The notes: generated by a model from the letters alone, not told the origin. A stretch of 64,000 bases of DNA from Gammaproteobacteria bacterium (GCA_029253585.1 JAQWZF010000008.1:37980-101979); one strand, 5' to 3'. Counted from the first letter of the stretch, positions 9,341-19,532 are shown. A program made the numbers and translations.

Positions 9341-10336
9341 ATGAAAATTCGAAATCTTTGTTTCAGTGCTCTTGCGGCGGCGGGGCTGAGTGTTCCCGTG
9401 ACTGGCGTACAGGCACAAGACAGTGACTATGTGGTGCCGCGAACGGAATACGGGCAGCCCGACCTGAGTGGTGTATGGAATTTTAGTTCATTCGTCCCTA
9501 TGCAGCGCCCCCGGCAATTTGCCGACAAGGAGTTTCTGACTCCGGAAGATATCGCCGCCATAGCGAATCAGACTGAGGCGGGTCTGGAGGCGCTGAATAA
9601 TATCGGAGTGGGTGGCTACAACACCTTCTGGGTAGAAAATGCAGGTCGTGGTGACAATACGCGCACTTCGCTGATTAACTACCCGGAGAACGGAAGAGTC
9701 CCAGAAACGGTTGAGGGTGTGCCCGTGCAGATCGGCGGTCTTGGACCGGACGAACCAGGCATGCGACCCGTGCGTATGACTGTGGGTGGAATAGCGAAAG
9801 ATGGCCCGGAAGATAGAGGCCTGTCAGAGCGTTGTATCGTTGGTTTTAATTCGGGACCGCCTTTTACTCCTAATCTGTACAATAACAATGTGCAACTGGT
9901 GCAGAGTAAAGATCACGTCGTGATAATGACCGAGATGATCCACGATGCGCGCATCGTTCCCTTGGATGGTCGTGATCATATCGATGACAGTATTCGGCAA
10001 TGGTCGGGCGACTCTCGTGGATATTGGGATGGCGATACGCTCGTTGTCGAAACCAGAAACTTCAATGATTTGACGCAGAGCTTCAGTGTCTTTGGTAGTT
10101 CCCTCGATAAGGTGCTGACGGAAAAATTCACCCGCGTGGATGAGTTTACAGTTGATTATGAGTTTACCGTAGAAGACCCGAGTACTTTTAAAGACAAGAT
10201 AACGGTACTGCTGCCAATGGCCAAGGTCGATGGCCTGATGTACGAATATGCCTGCCATGAAGGCAACTATGGCATGGTTAACATCCTGCGCGGTGAGCGT
10301 ATGGAAGAGCAGCGTGCAAGTGAGGGTGCTAGATAG
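9341..10336 (+). CDS. Exported protein of unknown function
   Basis: Sec signal peptide (MKIRNLCFSALAAAGLSVPVTGVQA|QD) and GGAGAA RBS. C-terminal YEYACHEGNYGM motif. No family recognised. Confidence 0.6.
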   Translation: MKIRNLCFSALAAAGLSVPVTGVQAQDSDYVVPRTEYGQPDLSGVWNFSSFVPMQRPRQFADKEFLTPEDIAAIANQTEAGLEALNNIGVGGYNTFWVENAGRGDNTRTSLINYPENGRVPETVEGVPVQIGGLGPDEPGMRPVRMTVGGIAKDGPEDRGLSERCIVGFNSGPPFTPNLYNNNVQLVQSKDHVVIMTEMIHDARIVPLDGRDHIDDSIRQWSGDSRGYWDGDTLVVETRNFNDLTQSFSVFGSSLDKVLTEKFTRVDEFTVDYEFTVEDPSTFKDKITVLLPMAKVDGLMYEYACHEGNYGMVNILRGERMEEQRASEGAR

Positions 10337-10405
10337 CTAAGTGCTGGTCGGAACATGGATCTTCCAGCCGGCCAGCCAAACAGCCAAACAGAAAGAAAGA
10401 CAGAA

Positions 10406-10443
10406 GAAAAAGGCGAGGAGCTTCAAACTTACTCGCCTTTTTT
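10406..10443. terminator. Bidirectional rho-independent terminator
   Basis: AGGCGAG-14 nt loop-CTCGCCT, flanked by an A-run upstream and T6 downstream, between convergent genes. Confidence 0.6.
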
Positions 10444-10447
10444 GTGT

Positions 10448-11430
10448 CTAGGAACCTTCCGGGTCTAGCGAGATCATGTGAGATTTGGCGTAACGATCAC
10501 CGTGCACTTTATCTCCACTAAATATCTCTCCCGCCAGAGCGAGATCTTCTGCAGCGATCGATAGTTCTGACGCCTTCGCGTTTTCCTCAACGAATTTCAC
10601 ATGTTTGGTGCCGGGTATTGGCACGAAGTTCGGGTCTTGTGCCAGCACCCAGGCTAGTGCGAGCTGTGCCATAGTGCATGAGTAGGATTCGGCCATCTCC
10701 CGCAGGGCTGCTAACTGCTTGAGGTTCTGTTGAAAGCTTTCACCCAGAAACCTAGACATGGTCTGTCGCATGTCATCTTCGCCTAACACAGACATATCGC
10801 TTATCACGCCGGCGAGAAACGCTCTGCCTAGCGGGCTGAAGGGCACAAAGCCTATGCCCAGTTCTCTGCAGCAATCGAACACCTTGTGTTCGGGCTCGCG
10901 AGACCACAGTGAATATTCAGACTGCACGGCACAGATCGGATGTTCGCGGTGGGCTTTGCTGATAGTGCTTGAAGAGCATTCAGACAGACCGATATAACGA
11001 ATCTTGCCGGAAGCGACGCAGTCGGCGAGTGCGCCCACGCTCTCTTCGATGGGAACGTTGAAGTCGCGGTGATGAAGATAGTAGAGGTCGATGACATCGG
11101 TGTTTAGTCGGCGCAGGCTTTATCACAGGTTTTCTTAACGTTATCGGGGGTGCAATCGACTGCTCGCTTGCCATCACGGTTTACTATGCCGCACTTGCTG
11201 GCAAGAACGAACTCCTCGCTCCTGCCCGGCAGGACTTCGCCTATCAAAGTCTCATTGTGGCCAAGCCCATAGAGGCTTGGGGTGTCCAGGAAGGTGTAGC
11301 CGACATCCAGAGCCCGGTGCAGGGCGCGCTCCGACTCTTCCCGATTTGCGGCGCCGTAGGATTGGGACATGCTCATGCAGCCCAGACCCAGAGCCGATAC
11401 CTGTAATTCTCCGAGTTGGCGTGTCTGCAT
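10448..11430 (-). pseudogene. Aldo/keto reductase, frameshifted
   Basis: The N-terminal fragment (11104..11430) ends ...[12 protein letters not shown]. The C-terminal frame reads [47 protein letters not shown]..., immediately preceded by TGA TAA. The junction lies at an A3 run (about 11113-11115), and one extra A would restore ...[12 protein letters not shown].... Confidence 0.75.
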
Positions 11431-11674
11431 ATCGATTTCTCCCTGTGTGATTTAGTGTCTTCAGCCCGCTGGATAGCCCTGAATACCAGCATGATTATCT
11501 AGCTTGCCTGCCGCTGCGTTAGCTGCCCTGATACAAATGAATGCTTGTTCAGATTCTGTTCAGACTTGCTCGCGTATAGTTGGGTTGTTAGCAAAAGAGC
11601 CCTAGCGACAGGCAAGCCTCACAAACCCCACTTTTTCTTTAGCCTGTTTGCTGGTAGCACTGTCTGCCGCAAAT

Positions 11675-11714
11675 CCTCACTCAACTAATGGCGGTTAGGG
11701 AGTGGGGATTTTTT
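11675..11714 (+). terminator. Orphan terminator-like hairpin with U-run in an intergenic region
   Basis: CCTCACTC (11675..11682) pairs with GAGTGGGG (11700..11707; one G.U), followed by A and T6 (11709..11714). No + strand CDS lies upstream of it. Confidence 0.4.
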
Positions 11715-11724
11715 ATTTCAGCAG

Positions 11725-13254
11725 GTGCCTCAGGCACTGACCCCATTGACCGATTCTATTACGAGAGAAACCCTCTCATCCTCTTGTTTGATCGGCAGTA
11801 AATCTTTGATAAGATTGCAAATGCCTCGCAATCACAATAACAAGACAGTGGCTCTCAACGTTCGGATGAATTTTCCCTCTCATGCAGGCCGCTATTCACC
11901 TAACTGGCAGACAGTAAGGGCTTTTGCATCGGTGCTGCTGATGCTCGGTCTGTTTATCCTGCCCCTAAGCCGAGTTGTCGCCCTAGAGGCTATCGAATCC
12001 CCCGATCAGTCCACGCTGCCTGCGGATATGAGTGCCGTGCACTTCTATTTAATCACCGTAGATGTCGGTGACAGGATATGGGACAACTTCGGTCATACCG
12101 CGCTGCGTGTCATCGACGAGGATGCAAATATCGACCTGGTGTTTAACTGGGGGCTTTTTCGTATCAATGGCGGTCCCGTCGCCTTCTCCTACAATTTTTT
12201 CAAGGGGATTATGAATTACGAGTTGGGCACAAAACCGCCTAATCAGGAATTCGCGATGTATCGCGCGCAGGAGCGCAGTGTCTGGCAGGACAAGATTAAT
12301 CTCACCAACCCGCAGAAAGAAATTCTCTACACTCGTCTGTTATGGAACTCGCAGCCCGAGAACATCGTCTACCCCTATCAATACTTCTTCGATAATTGTA
12401 CGACCCGTGTACGGGACTATCTGGATGAGGCTCTTTCCGGTCGACTGGCGGTATTCAAGGATGGCTTAACTGATTCTACGTTCCGCGACCAAGTACGAGC
12501 GCACTATGAATCCGTGGCGCTTATTGATTTCTCCCTCGATGTATTGATGAACAGCAATATCGATAGACCGATGACTGAGTGGGAAGCTATGTTCCTGCCG
12601 CTTACTTTAAGAGAACAGCTCTATCTGGTCGAATCCGATGTGGCGGAGGACGGAGTGCGTAATATGCTGCTCTCCGGTTCGCAGCAGATTATGCTGTTTC
12701 CTCCACCTACGGTTGAGACGGACCCTTACCAGATAGCGTCGATAACACTATTGGCGCCAGTGCTGCTGTTATTCCTGATGTTGAAGAAGATTCCCATGTC
12801 GTATTTTGCAACACACTCGCGCTTAGGCTTGAATCTACCCGGAATCAATTTTCGCCTACTTGGTTTGCTGGGTATTCTGGTGGCTCTATTCAGCGGTGTC
12901 TACGGTATCTTGATGTTGGGCAGCTGGTTTGTGTCAGGCCACCTGGATCTGCACCACAATATCAACCTGCTTCTGTTCTGGCCGACGGATCTGCTGGGTA
13001 TCTTCGTCGCACTGCGTTGGCTTATTTTTTGTAGGCCATGGCCCATGACGCGCAATAGCGCGCCATTCTTGAATTACTACATGATGGCCCATGTGTTTGG
13101 TATGGCCGTTTATGCGGCCGTGACATTCTTGCAGCTGGCGGGTCAATCTACTTTGAATATCAGCTTATATGTTCTGCCCGGCCTAACACTGTTCACTGTG
13201 CTTGTCTGGCTGGTTGGATTCGAGCCGGCGAAACCCAGGAATAGTTTTTTCTAG
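11725..13254 (+). CDS. DUF4105-like (Lnb N-terminal domain) membrane protein
   Basis: The segment FYLITVDVGDRIWDNFGHTALRV resembles DUF4105. The C-terminal half has several TM helices. The true start is probably internal (ATG at about 11821 or 11866, before the hydrophobic signal/anchor). Confidence 0.55.
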   Translation: MPQALTPLTDSITRETLSSSCLIGSKSLIRLQMPRNHNNKTVALNVRMNFPSHAGRYSPNWQTVRAFASVLLMLGLFILPLSRVVALEAIESPDQSTLPADMSAVHFYLITVDVGDRIWDNFGHTALRVIDEDANIDLVFNWGLFRINGGPVAFSYNFFKGIMNYELGTKPPNQEFAMYRAQERSVWQDKINLTNPQKEILYTRLLWNSQPENIVYPYQYFFDNCTTRVRDYLDEALSGRLAVFKDGLTDSTFRDQVRAHYESVALIDFSLDVLMNSNIDRPMTEWEAMFLPLTLREQLYLVESDVAEDGVRNMLLSGSQQIMLFPPPTVETDPYQIASITLLAPVLLLFLMLKKIPMSYFATHSRLGLNLPGINFRLLGLLGILVALFSGVYGILMLGSWFVSGHLDLHHNINLLLFWPTDLLGIFVALRWLIFCRPWPMTRNSAPFLNYYMMAHVFGMAVYAAVTFLQLAGQSTLNISLYVLPGLTLFTVLVWLVGFEPAKPRNSFF

Positions 13255-13274
13255 ATCCGACCCCTGAGTTCAGG

Positions 13275-14255
13275 ATGCCCTATTACATGACGAAACTAAT
13301 TAGCTCAGTAGCGCAACGAGCAGATGAGTTACATCCGATGGCGGCGAAAGTCGCCAGGGCTGCCGCCAGGCAGAAGCCTCTGGGTGAATGCACCGCCGTG
13401 GAGGCCAGAGCCATGCGCGAGGAGCGCGGCAATCCCTTTGCGCCAGAAGCTGTTGCGATGGAAAGTATTACGGATCATTGGCTGCCTGGCGGCGCGGGGC
13501 AGTTGCGGGTGCGGCGCTATCAGCCCATGGCGACTCAGTCCGAGCTGCAGCCGGCTCTCCTTTATTTTCATGGGGGTGGTCATGTGCTGGGTACGCTAGA
13601 CGGCTATGACACCGTCGCCCAGCAGCTGGCGCTATTAGGAAATTGCGTGGTGTTTTCGGCTGAATATCGACTGGCGCCGGAGACGAAGTCTGCGGACATC
13701 TATCAAGATGGCCTCGATATCTACAATTGGCTACTCCACGGCGGCTCCGATTTAGGCATAGACCCGAATCGTATCGCGATAGGCGGTGACAGCGCCGGCG
13801 GCAACATCTCCATTGCGGTAATGCTGCAGTGCAAGCAGCAGAACATCGCGCAGCCTTGCTATCAGATTCTGATATATCCGGCCATAGACTATCGCATGGC
13901 GTATCCGTCCATCGACGAGTTTGCAGAAGGGTATTTTCTGACCAAGGCCGATAAGCAATGGTTTCGAAGTCAGTTTCTTGAGTCAGACGAGCGGGCGAGC
14001 AACCCTCTGGTGTCATCTATACTCGCAGATCTTGGCGGCCTGCCTCCAGCACTGGTAATTACGGCGGGCTTCGACCCCTTGCGTGATGAGGGCGAAGCCT
14101 TCGCAAAACGTTTAGCGGATCATGGCGTGCCGGTTGAACATGTTTGCTATATGGATATGATTCACGCCTTCGTGTCGTTTGCCGGCGGAATTCCTGCGGG
14201 AATGTCGGCCTTGGAGCGCATCGGCGCGAAGCTGCAGAAAGCCTTTAGCAACTAA
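13275..14255 (+). CDS. Alpha/beta hydrolase, HSL-type esterase/lipase
   Basis: Oxyanion HGGG motif (LLYFHGGGHVLG), nucleophile elbow GDSAGG and a C-terminal DPLRDEG / His region. Confidence 0.8.
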   Translation: MPYYMTKLISSVAQRADELHPMAAKVARAAARQKPLGECTAVEARAMREERGNPFAPEAVAMESITDHWLPGGAGQLRVRRYQPMATQSELQPALLYFHGGGHVLGTLDGYDTVAQQLALLGNCVVFSAEYRLAPETKSADIYQDGLDIYNWLLHGGSDLGIDPNRIAIGGDSAGGNISIAVMLQCKQQNIAQPCYQILIYPAIDYRMAYPSIDEFAEGYFLTKADKQWFRSQFLESDERASNPLVSSILADLGGLPPALVITAGFDPLRDEGEAFAKRLADHGVPVEHVCYMDMIHAFVSFAGGIPAGMSALERIGAKLQKAFSN

Positions 14256-14287
14256 CTTGTCTTCGCTGCCCTTCTCTAAATTGCAGA

Positions 14288-14318
14288 CAAAAAAAGGCCG
14301 AACACTAAGGCTCGGCCT
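14288..14318 (-). terminator. Rho-independent terminator of the OmpA/Pal-like gene
   Basis: On the - strand: AGGCCGA-loop-TCGGCCT followed by T7. Confidence 0.7.
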
Positions 14319-14391
14319 AACTTCCAAACTGATATTATGCAGTCGATATTTTTAACTAGTTTCTCTTTGCTAATCGTTCCGTGAGGATCGG

Positions 14392-14931
14392 TTAAGGAGT
14401 GACTATTTCTACTCGGCGATTCTGCTGATAGGCACGCTCATTGGTGGCGCGATCCGCAGGGCGCTCTTCGCCATAGCTCACCATCTCTATCTGGCTGCGC
14501 GATGCACCGTTAACGATTAGGTAGTTAAGAATGCCTTCGGCACGACGCTCGCCTAGTGCCAAGTTGTATTCTCTAGTGCCGCGCTCATCAGCATGGCCTT
14601 CAAGGCGGATTCTCTTGTTAGAGTTCGAGGCAAGGTCTCTTGCGTGATAGGTCAACACATTGCGGTCTGCTTGACGGAATTCAGACACGTCGAAGTCGAA
14701 GTAGAAGACGCTGGTATTAAGTGCGGCAGCTGCTATGCGTTCTTCGGCAGCAGCGGCTCGAGCACGTGCCTCGGCTTCCAGCTCTTGTGTGCGACGGGTG
14801 GTCGCATCGATGCCCGACTCGGTTTCGGCTACTACTTCGCTGCTCGCTTCATCGCTGGTTGAGCTACAAGCGGCTAGGCTGAAAAGGGCAATAAAAAGCA
14901 GGGTAAATTTAGTTGATCTAGAGAATTTCAT
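14392..14931 (-). CDS. OmpA-family peptidoglycan-associated lipoprotein (Pal-like)
   Basis: Lipobox LAAC|SS. OmpA_C signature: FDFDVSEF......L......R..LEGHADERGTREYNLALGERRA......L...G. Confidence 0.8.
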   Translation of the reverse strand: MKFSRSTKFTLLFIALFSLAACSSTSDEASSEVVAETESGIDATTRRTQELEAEARARAAAAEERIAAAALNTSVFYFDFDVSEFRQADRNVLTYHARDLASNSNKRIRLEGHADERGTREYNLALGERRAEGILNYLIVNGASRSQIEMVSYGEERPADRATNERAYQQNRRVEIVTP

Positions 14932-15256
14932 GGCATCTCCTAAAAGGTATCTAGTGGAAGTCTGTGTGCAGACTGATATTCTGCAATTTTTTTTGTAAAT
15001 ACAGTATGTTAAAAAGAGGGCGAAGGATACCGTAATTGCGGCTTTAAATCCAACGAGACAATCGATTTTAATGGTAAATTTTGCAGAAAATTGCAGCAGA
15101 TCAACGCGATTCTAGGGGTCTGTGATCTTCCGAGCAATCGTTCGATTATTGCTTATCAAGGGCGGGGAATAATGGTAATCTTCGCCTTCTTCGAAATTCG
15201 AGTACACCCGCCGCGGGCTTGTTTTAGTCCGGATATCAAGGGTAGCCCAGGGCATT

Positions 15257-16483
15257 TTGGCCCGGAACAACAGGAGATTTACATTGAACGCTGATTTTAC
15301 CGCTGAAGAACTGCAATTCGAGCAGGAAGTTCGGGAGTTTTTGCAGAATGATTTTCCAGCTGAGTACCGAGAGAAGGTCGATGCTGGCATTCGCCTGAGC
15401 AAAGAGGAACTGGTGCACTGGCAGAAGATTCTCTATAAGAAGGGCTGGGCAGCCCCAAATTGGCCGGCCGAATACGGTGGTACCGGCTGGACGGCTACAA
15501 AGAAGCATATCTTCGCGACGGAAATGGGCCTTATCGGTGCGCCGGAACCCGTTCCATTTGGTATGAAGATGGTTGCTCCAGTAATCATGGCTTACGGCTC
15601 GGATGAGCAGAAGCAGCGTTTTCTTCCCGATATTCTGGAAAGCAATGTGTGGTGGTGTCAGGGTTATTCCGAGCCCAATGCAGGTTCCGATCTGGCGTCA
15701 TTAAAGACGTCTGCGGTGCGAGATGGTGATGAATATGTAGTCAATGGCAGCAAGACCTGGAACACCTACGGCCAGTATGCTGACTGGATTTTCTGCCTGG
15801 TACGCACCGACAACAGCGTGAAGAAGCAAGAAGGTATTAGTTTTCTGCTAATAGACATGAAGACCCCAGGTATAACTCTCAAGCCTATCGTGTTGTTAGA
15901 CGGTCATGCAGAAGTTAACGAAGTATTCTTCGATGACGTCAGGGTGCCGGCTAACAATCTTATCGGTGAAGAGAACAAGGGTTGGACCTACGCCAAAGTA
16001 TTGCTTACCCATGAACGTACAAATATCTCGGGCGTACCCCGCGGTAAGCGCCGACTTGCAGCGCTCAAGCGTCTCGCTAAGAATACCGACGATGGTTTCG
16101 GTAGCACGATGTTGGACAATGCGTCATTTAGGACGAAGTTGGCCGAGCTTGAGATTGAGCTACAGGCACTGGAATATTCTGAGCTGCGGACTCTTGCCGC
16201 CTTGAGCGTAGGTAATGCGCCTGGCCCTGAGTCGTCGATTTTAAAGATTGTCGGAACAGAACTCGCCCAGGAAATGGATGAAATGTTCGTCGACCTGGCT
16301 GGCTACCATTGTCTGCCTTTCGTACCTGAACAGTTTGAAGACGGTTTCCAGGGAGAGGCTATAGGCCCCGGTAACTCGGCGGCTGCGGCACTGACCTATT
16401 TTAATAACCGCAAGCTGTCGATATTCGGTGGCTCTAACGAAATTCAACGTAACATTATCAGCAAGGCTGTATTGGGTCTGTAA
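15257..16483 (+). CDS. Acyl-CoA dehydrogenase family protein (first of tandem pair 1)
   Basis: ACAD hallmarks: WPAEYGG, WCQGYSEPNAGSDLASL, VNGSKTWNT, GGSNEIQRNII. The likely true start is TTG at 15284, after CAGGAG. Confidence 0.85.
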   Translation: MARNNRRFTLNADFTAEELQFEQEVREFLQNDFPAEYREKVDAGIRLSKEELVHWQKILYKKGWAAPNWPAEYGGTGWTATKKHIFATEMGLIGAPEPVPFGMKMVAPVIMAYGSDEQKQRFLPDILESNVWWCQGYSEPNAGSDLASLKTSAVRDGDEYVVNGSKTWNTYGQYADWIFCLVRTDNSVKKQEGISFLLIDMKTPGITLKPIVLLDGHAEVNEVFFDDVRVPANNLIGEENKGWTYAKVLLTHERTNISGVPRGKRRLAALKRLAKNTDDGFGSTMLDNASFRTKLAELEIELQALEYSELRTLAALSVGNAPGPESSILKIVGTELAQEMDEMFVDLAGYHCLPFVPEQFEDGFQGEAIGPGNSAAAALTYFNNRKLSIFGGSNEIQRNIISKAVLGL

Positions 16484-16539
16484 TAGATTCGATGAGTGCC
16501 TTGGGCTGACAACGTAGATAGATTTAAAGAGGGATTATT

Positions 16540-17673
16540 GTGGATTTTTCGAACACAGAAGAACAGCAGATGCTGCAAGAGAGCGTGCAGAAGTTCGTTT
16601 ACAAAAGTTATGACTTCGATACGCGCAACAAAATCATTGCTACAGAAAAAGGCTTCAGTGATGAAAACTGGGAGCTTTTTGCGGAGCTGGGTTGGTTGAC
16701 CGTTCCTTTTCAGGAAGAAGATGGTGGCTTCGGTGGGTCTGCCGTCGACCTCGTCGTAATGATGGAAGAATTTGGCAAGGCAATGTTGGTTGAACCCTTC
16801 GTCGCGACGACTGTTCTAGCGGGCGGGCTGATCAGCGAACAGGGTAGTGCGCAGCAGAAGGCTGAGCTGTTGCCCAAGATTATGGAAGGTAAGCTGCAGC
16901 TGGCCTGTGCCTATGCAGAGCCGGGTAGTCGCTTCAATCTGGCGAACATCAAAACTTTGGCAGTAGCAGACGGCGACAACATTGTTCTTAATGGAAGCAA
17001 GACAGCGGTTCTGAACGGTTCGAATGCTGAAGTTCTGTTGGTCGTGGCGCGTGAATCAGGTGCGGTAACCGATACCACGGGCGTTTCGGTCTTCATGGTA
17101 GATGCGACAAGTGACGGGGTTTCGATTCAGGCCTTCGCTAACGTGGATGGCAAGAAGTCAGCCGAGATTACGCTTAAAGACGTCAGTGTGCCGGCGACGG
17201 CTAGGTTAGGCGAGGCTGAATCAGCCCTGCCTGCGCTGACTGCCGTTGTCGCTCGTGCAACGCTGGCGGTAAGTGCCGAGGCGGTAGGCGCGATGGAAGC
17301 AATGCTGCATAAGACTGTGGAATATAGTAAGACACGCAAGCAATTTGGTACGGCGATTGGTACGTTCCAGGCACTGCAGCACCGTATGGCGGATATGTTC
17401 ATCGAATGCCAGTTGGCACGTTCCATCGTAATCATGGCAGCCATGAAATTGGATGGCGGTGAAGACGCGATGGAGAAGAGCAAGGCAGTCTCTGCAGCCA
17501 AGAGTCGCATTGGCAAGGCGATAAACAATGTCGGTCAGGAAGCTATTCAGATTCATGGCGGCATTGCCATGACAGAAGAACTGGATGTCGGACATCTCTT
17601 CAAGCTGGTTACCGCTGCGGAAATCATGTTCGGGAATACCGATTATCACACCGAACGATTCGCGTCGCTTTAA
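16540..17673 (+). CDS. Acyl-CoA dehydrogenase family protein (second of tandem pair 1)
   Basis: ACAD fold motifs (EEDGGFGG, LNGSKT, IQIHGGIAMTEE). No Glu at either usual catalytic-base position in my by-eye alignment. Confidence 0.85.
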   Translation: MDFSNTEEQQMLQESVQKFVYKSYDFDTRNKIIATEKGFSDENWELFAELGWLTVPFQEEDGGFGGSAVDLVVMMEEFGKAMLVEPFVATTVLAGGLISEQGSAQQKAELLPKIMEGKLQLACAYAEPGSRFNLANIKTLAVADGDNIVLNGSKTAVLNGSNAEVLLVVARESGAVTDTTGVSVFMVDATSDGVSIQAFANVDGKKSAEITLKDVSVPATARLGEAESALPALTAVVARATLAVSAEAVGAMEAMLHKTVEYSKTRKQFGTAIGTFQALQHRMADMFIECQLARSIVIMAAMKLDGGEDAMEKSKAVSAAKSRIGKAINNVGQEAIQIHGGIAMTEELDVGHLFKLVTAAEIMFGNTDYHTERFASL

Positions 17674-17725
17674 GAGAGGTCTTCATGTCTCTCAGTGCTA
17701 TTCCCCGCGTGTGGCTATCTGAACC

Positions 17726-18436
17726 GTGAGCGAAATCATCTTGGTTCGCCACGGACAGGCATCATTCGGTGCAGATTCCTACGATAAATTGAGCGATAAG
17801 GGTGTCGAGCAAGTCAAAGTGCTTGCTCGACACTGGCAGGAAGTGGGCGAGCAATTCGACCATGTGTACAGCGGCACCTTGCTGAGACAGAAAGAGACAG
17901 CGAACGAGTTGCTCGCTCTGGTCAAGGGTGCCCCAAGCGCTTCTACTGAAAACCCCTCCTTCAATGAATACAATGGTGATCCCCTCATGCGTGTGTATCT
18001 TCGTGATCACGCAGCGCAGGAGGGATTCGACGTGCCGATTGGCTGGCCTATTAAAGATGAGCGCCTATTCCAAAGAATATTCGAAGCCGCCTGTGCGAAA
18101 TGGATACGCGGGGAGCTAACACCTAGTAGTGAGGAAGCAAATTTCGAGTATTGGGTAGACTTTCAAGATCGTGTTCATACTGCCGTCGATGAGATCATGG
18201 CCAGGCATAACGAGGGTGCGCGGGTATTAGTCTCCACCTCTGGCGGCGTCATAGCCATGGTGCTGCAAAGAGTATTACAATTCCCCGACGATGCCGTTAT
18301 CACCACAAATTGGATGGTGCGCAATAGTTCGGTGAGCCGTATTAAATACGGGCGAGGAAAGGTATCCTTGACTCAATTCAACAGCTTACCCCATCTTGAA
18401 AGAGCGGGTTTGCAGCAAATGATCACCTATAGATAG
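17726..18436 (+). CDS. Histidine phosphatase (phosphoglycerate-mutase) family protein
   Basis: RHG motif at the N-terminus (ILVRHGQASF). GTG start. Confidence 0.8.
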   Translation: MSEIILVRHGQASFGADSYDKLSDKGVEQVKVLARHWQEVGEQFDHVYSGTLLRQKETANELLALVKGAPSASTENPSFNEYNGDPLMRVYLRDHAAQEGFDVPIGWPIKDERLFQRIFEAACAKWIRGELTPSSEEANFEYWVDFQDRVHTAVDEIMARHNEGARVLVSTSGGVIAMVLQRVLQFPDDAVITTNWMVRNSSVSRIKYGRGKVSLTQFNSLPHLERAGLQQMITYR

Positions 18437-18452
18437 AGCAAAGGATTTCGTT

Positions 18453-19532
18453 TTGACGAACAATGAACTAGTCGATCAAGCCGGAAGTATGCGTGAGGGT
18501 GAGGAACTGGATCTGGATTGTCTCAGGCAATATCTTGAGCCAGTTCTCGGCAGTGCCGCTGCATCTCTGGAGGCCAAACAATTCCCCGGTGGCTTCTCCA
18601 ATCTTACCTATCTGCTTAGCAGCGGCGATGAGAAGTGGGTGCTACGCCGACCTCCATTTGGCAGTAAGGTTAAGTCTGCTCATGATATGTCGCGCGAGTA
18701 CAAGATTCTCTCGGCTCTGCAAAAAGTCTATTCCTACGGGCCGGTTCCCCTCCATTTCTGTGAAGATCATGACGTGCTGGGCTGTGATTTTTATTTGATG
18801 ACATACATCGAAGGCTTGGTGATTCGTCGCGAGTATCCGGCGAGCTTGAACATGAGCCCGAATCAGATTCGGCAGCAATTGTTTAATTTCTTCGATGTGT
18901 TGAGTGAGTTGCACTCCGTGGATCTGGTTGAGGCTGGCCTGGAAACATTCGGGCGCCCAGAAGGTTATGTTATGCGACAGGTTGAAGGGTGGTGCAAGCG
19001 CTGGGGCGATGCGGTGACCCCGGATACAGTAAATTGCGATGCAATAATGCAATGGTTGAATGACAATATGCCTGCCGAAAGCGGCAAGGCAAGCGTTATA
19101 CATAACGATTATAAGATGGATAACGTTATATTCTCCTTGGAGAATCCCCTTGAGGTGATCGGCGTCTTGGACTGGGAGATGGCAACCGTTGGCGATCCCC
19201 TGATGGACCTGGGTTGCACCCTTGGTTACTGGGTTCAAACTTCAGATCCAGATTTCTTCCGCGAATACAGAACAATGCCGAGCGATATCGAGGGTGCGCC
19301 TACTCGCGCCGAGATCGTTGCTCGCTTTCAAGAGAAGACAGGCCTACCCGTAGACAACTTCCCCTTCTACTTTTGTTTCGGTCTGTTTCGTTTAGCCGTA
19401 ATTGGTCAGCAAATTTACTACCGTTATTATCAGGGCCTGACGAAGGACAAACGTTTTGCGATGATGGTTAAGAAAACCCACATTCTGCAGCAGATGTGTG
19501 AACTGATTATTGCCGGCAAGGTAACTACATAA
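18453..19532 (+). CDS. Phosphotransferase-family kinase (APH / ACAD10-11 kinase-domain-like)
   Basis: Catalytic loop HNDYKMDNVIF and DWEMATVGDPLMDLG, both typical of the APH/choline-kinase fold. TTG start. Confidence 0.8.
   Translation: MTNNELVDQAGSMREGEELDLDCLRQYLEPVLGSAAASLEAKQFPGGFSNLTYLLSSGDEKWVLRRPPFGSKVKSAHDMSREYKILSALQKVYSYGPVPLHFCEDHDVLGCDFYLMTYIEGLVIRREYPASLNMSPNQIRQQLFNFFDVLSELHSVDLVEAGLETFGRPEGYVMRQVEGWCKRWGDAVTPDTVNCDAIMQWLNDNMPAESGKASVIHNDYKMDNVIFSLENPLEVIGVLDWEMATVGDPLMDLGCTLGYWVQTSDPDFFREYRTMPSDIEGAPTRAEIVARFQEKTGLPVDNFPFYFCFGLFRLAVIGQQIYYRYYQGLTKDKRFAMMVKKTHILQQMCELIIAGKVTT

Noticed and set aside
13468-14016. 182-aa - strand ORF inside the esterase gene (plus other overlapping ORFs at 13324..13609)
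   Set aside because: These are shadow frames of a CDS with HGGG/GDSAGG motifs. Their composition is Arg/Pro/Cys-rich and non-protein-like.
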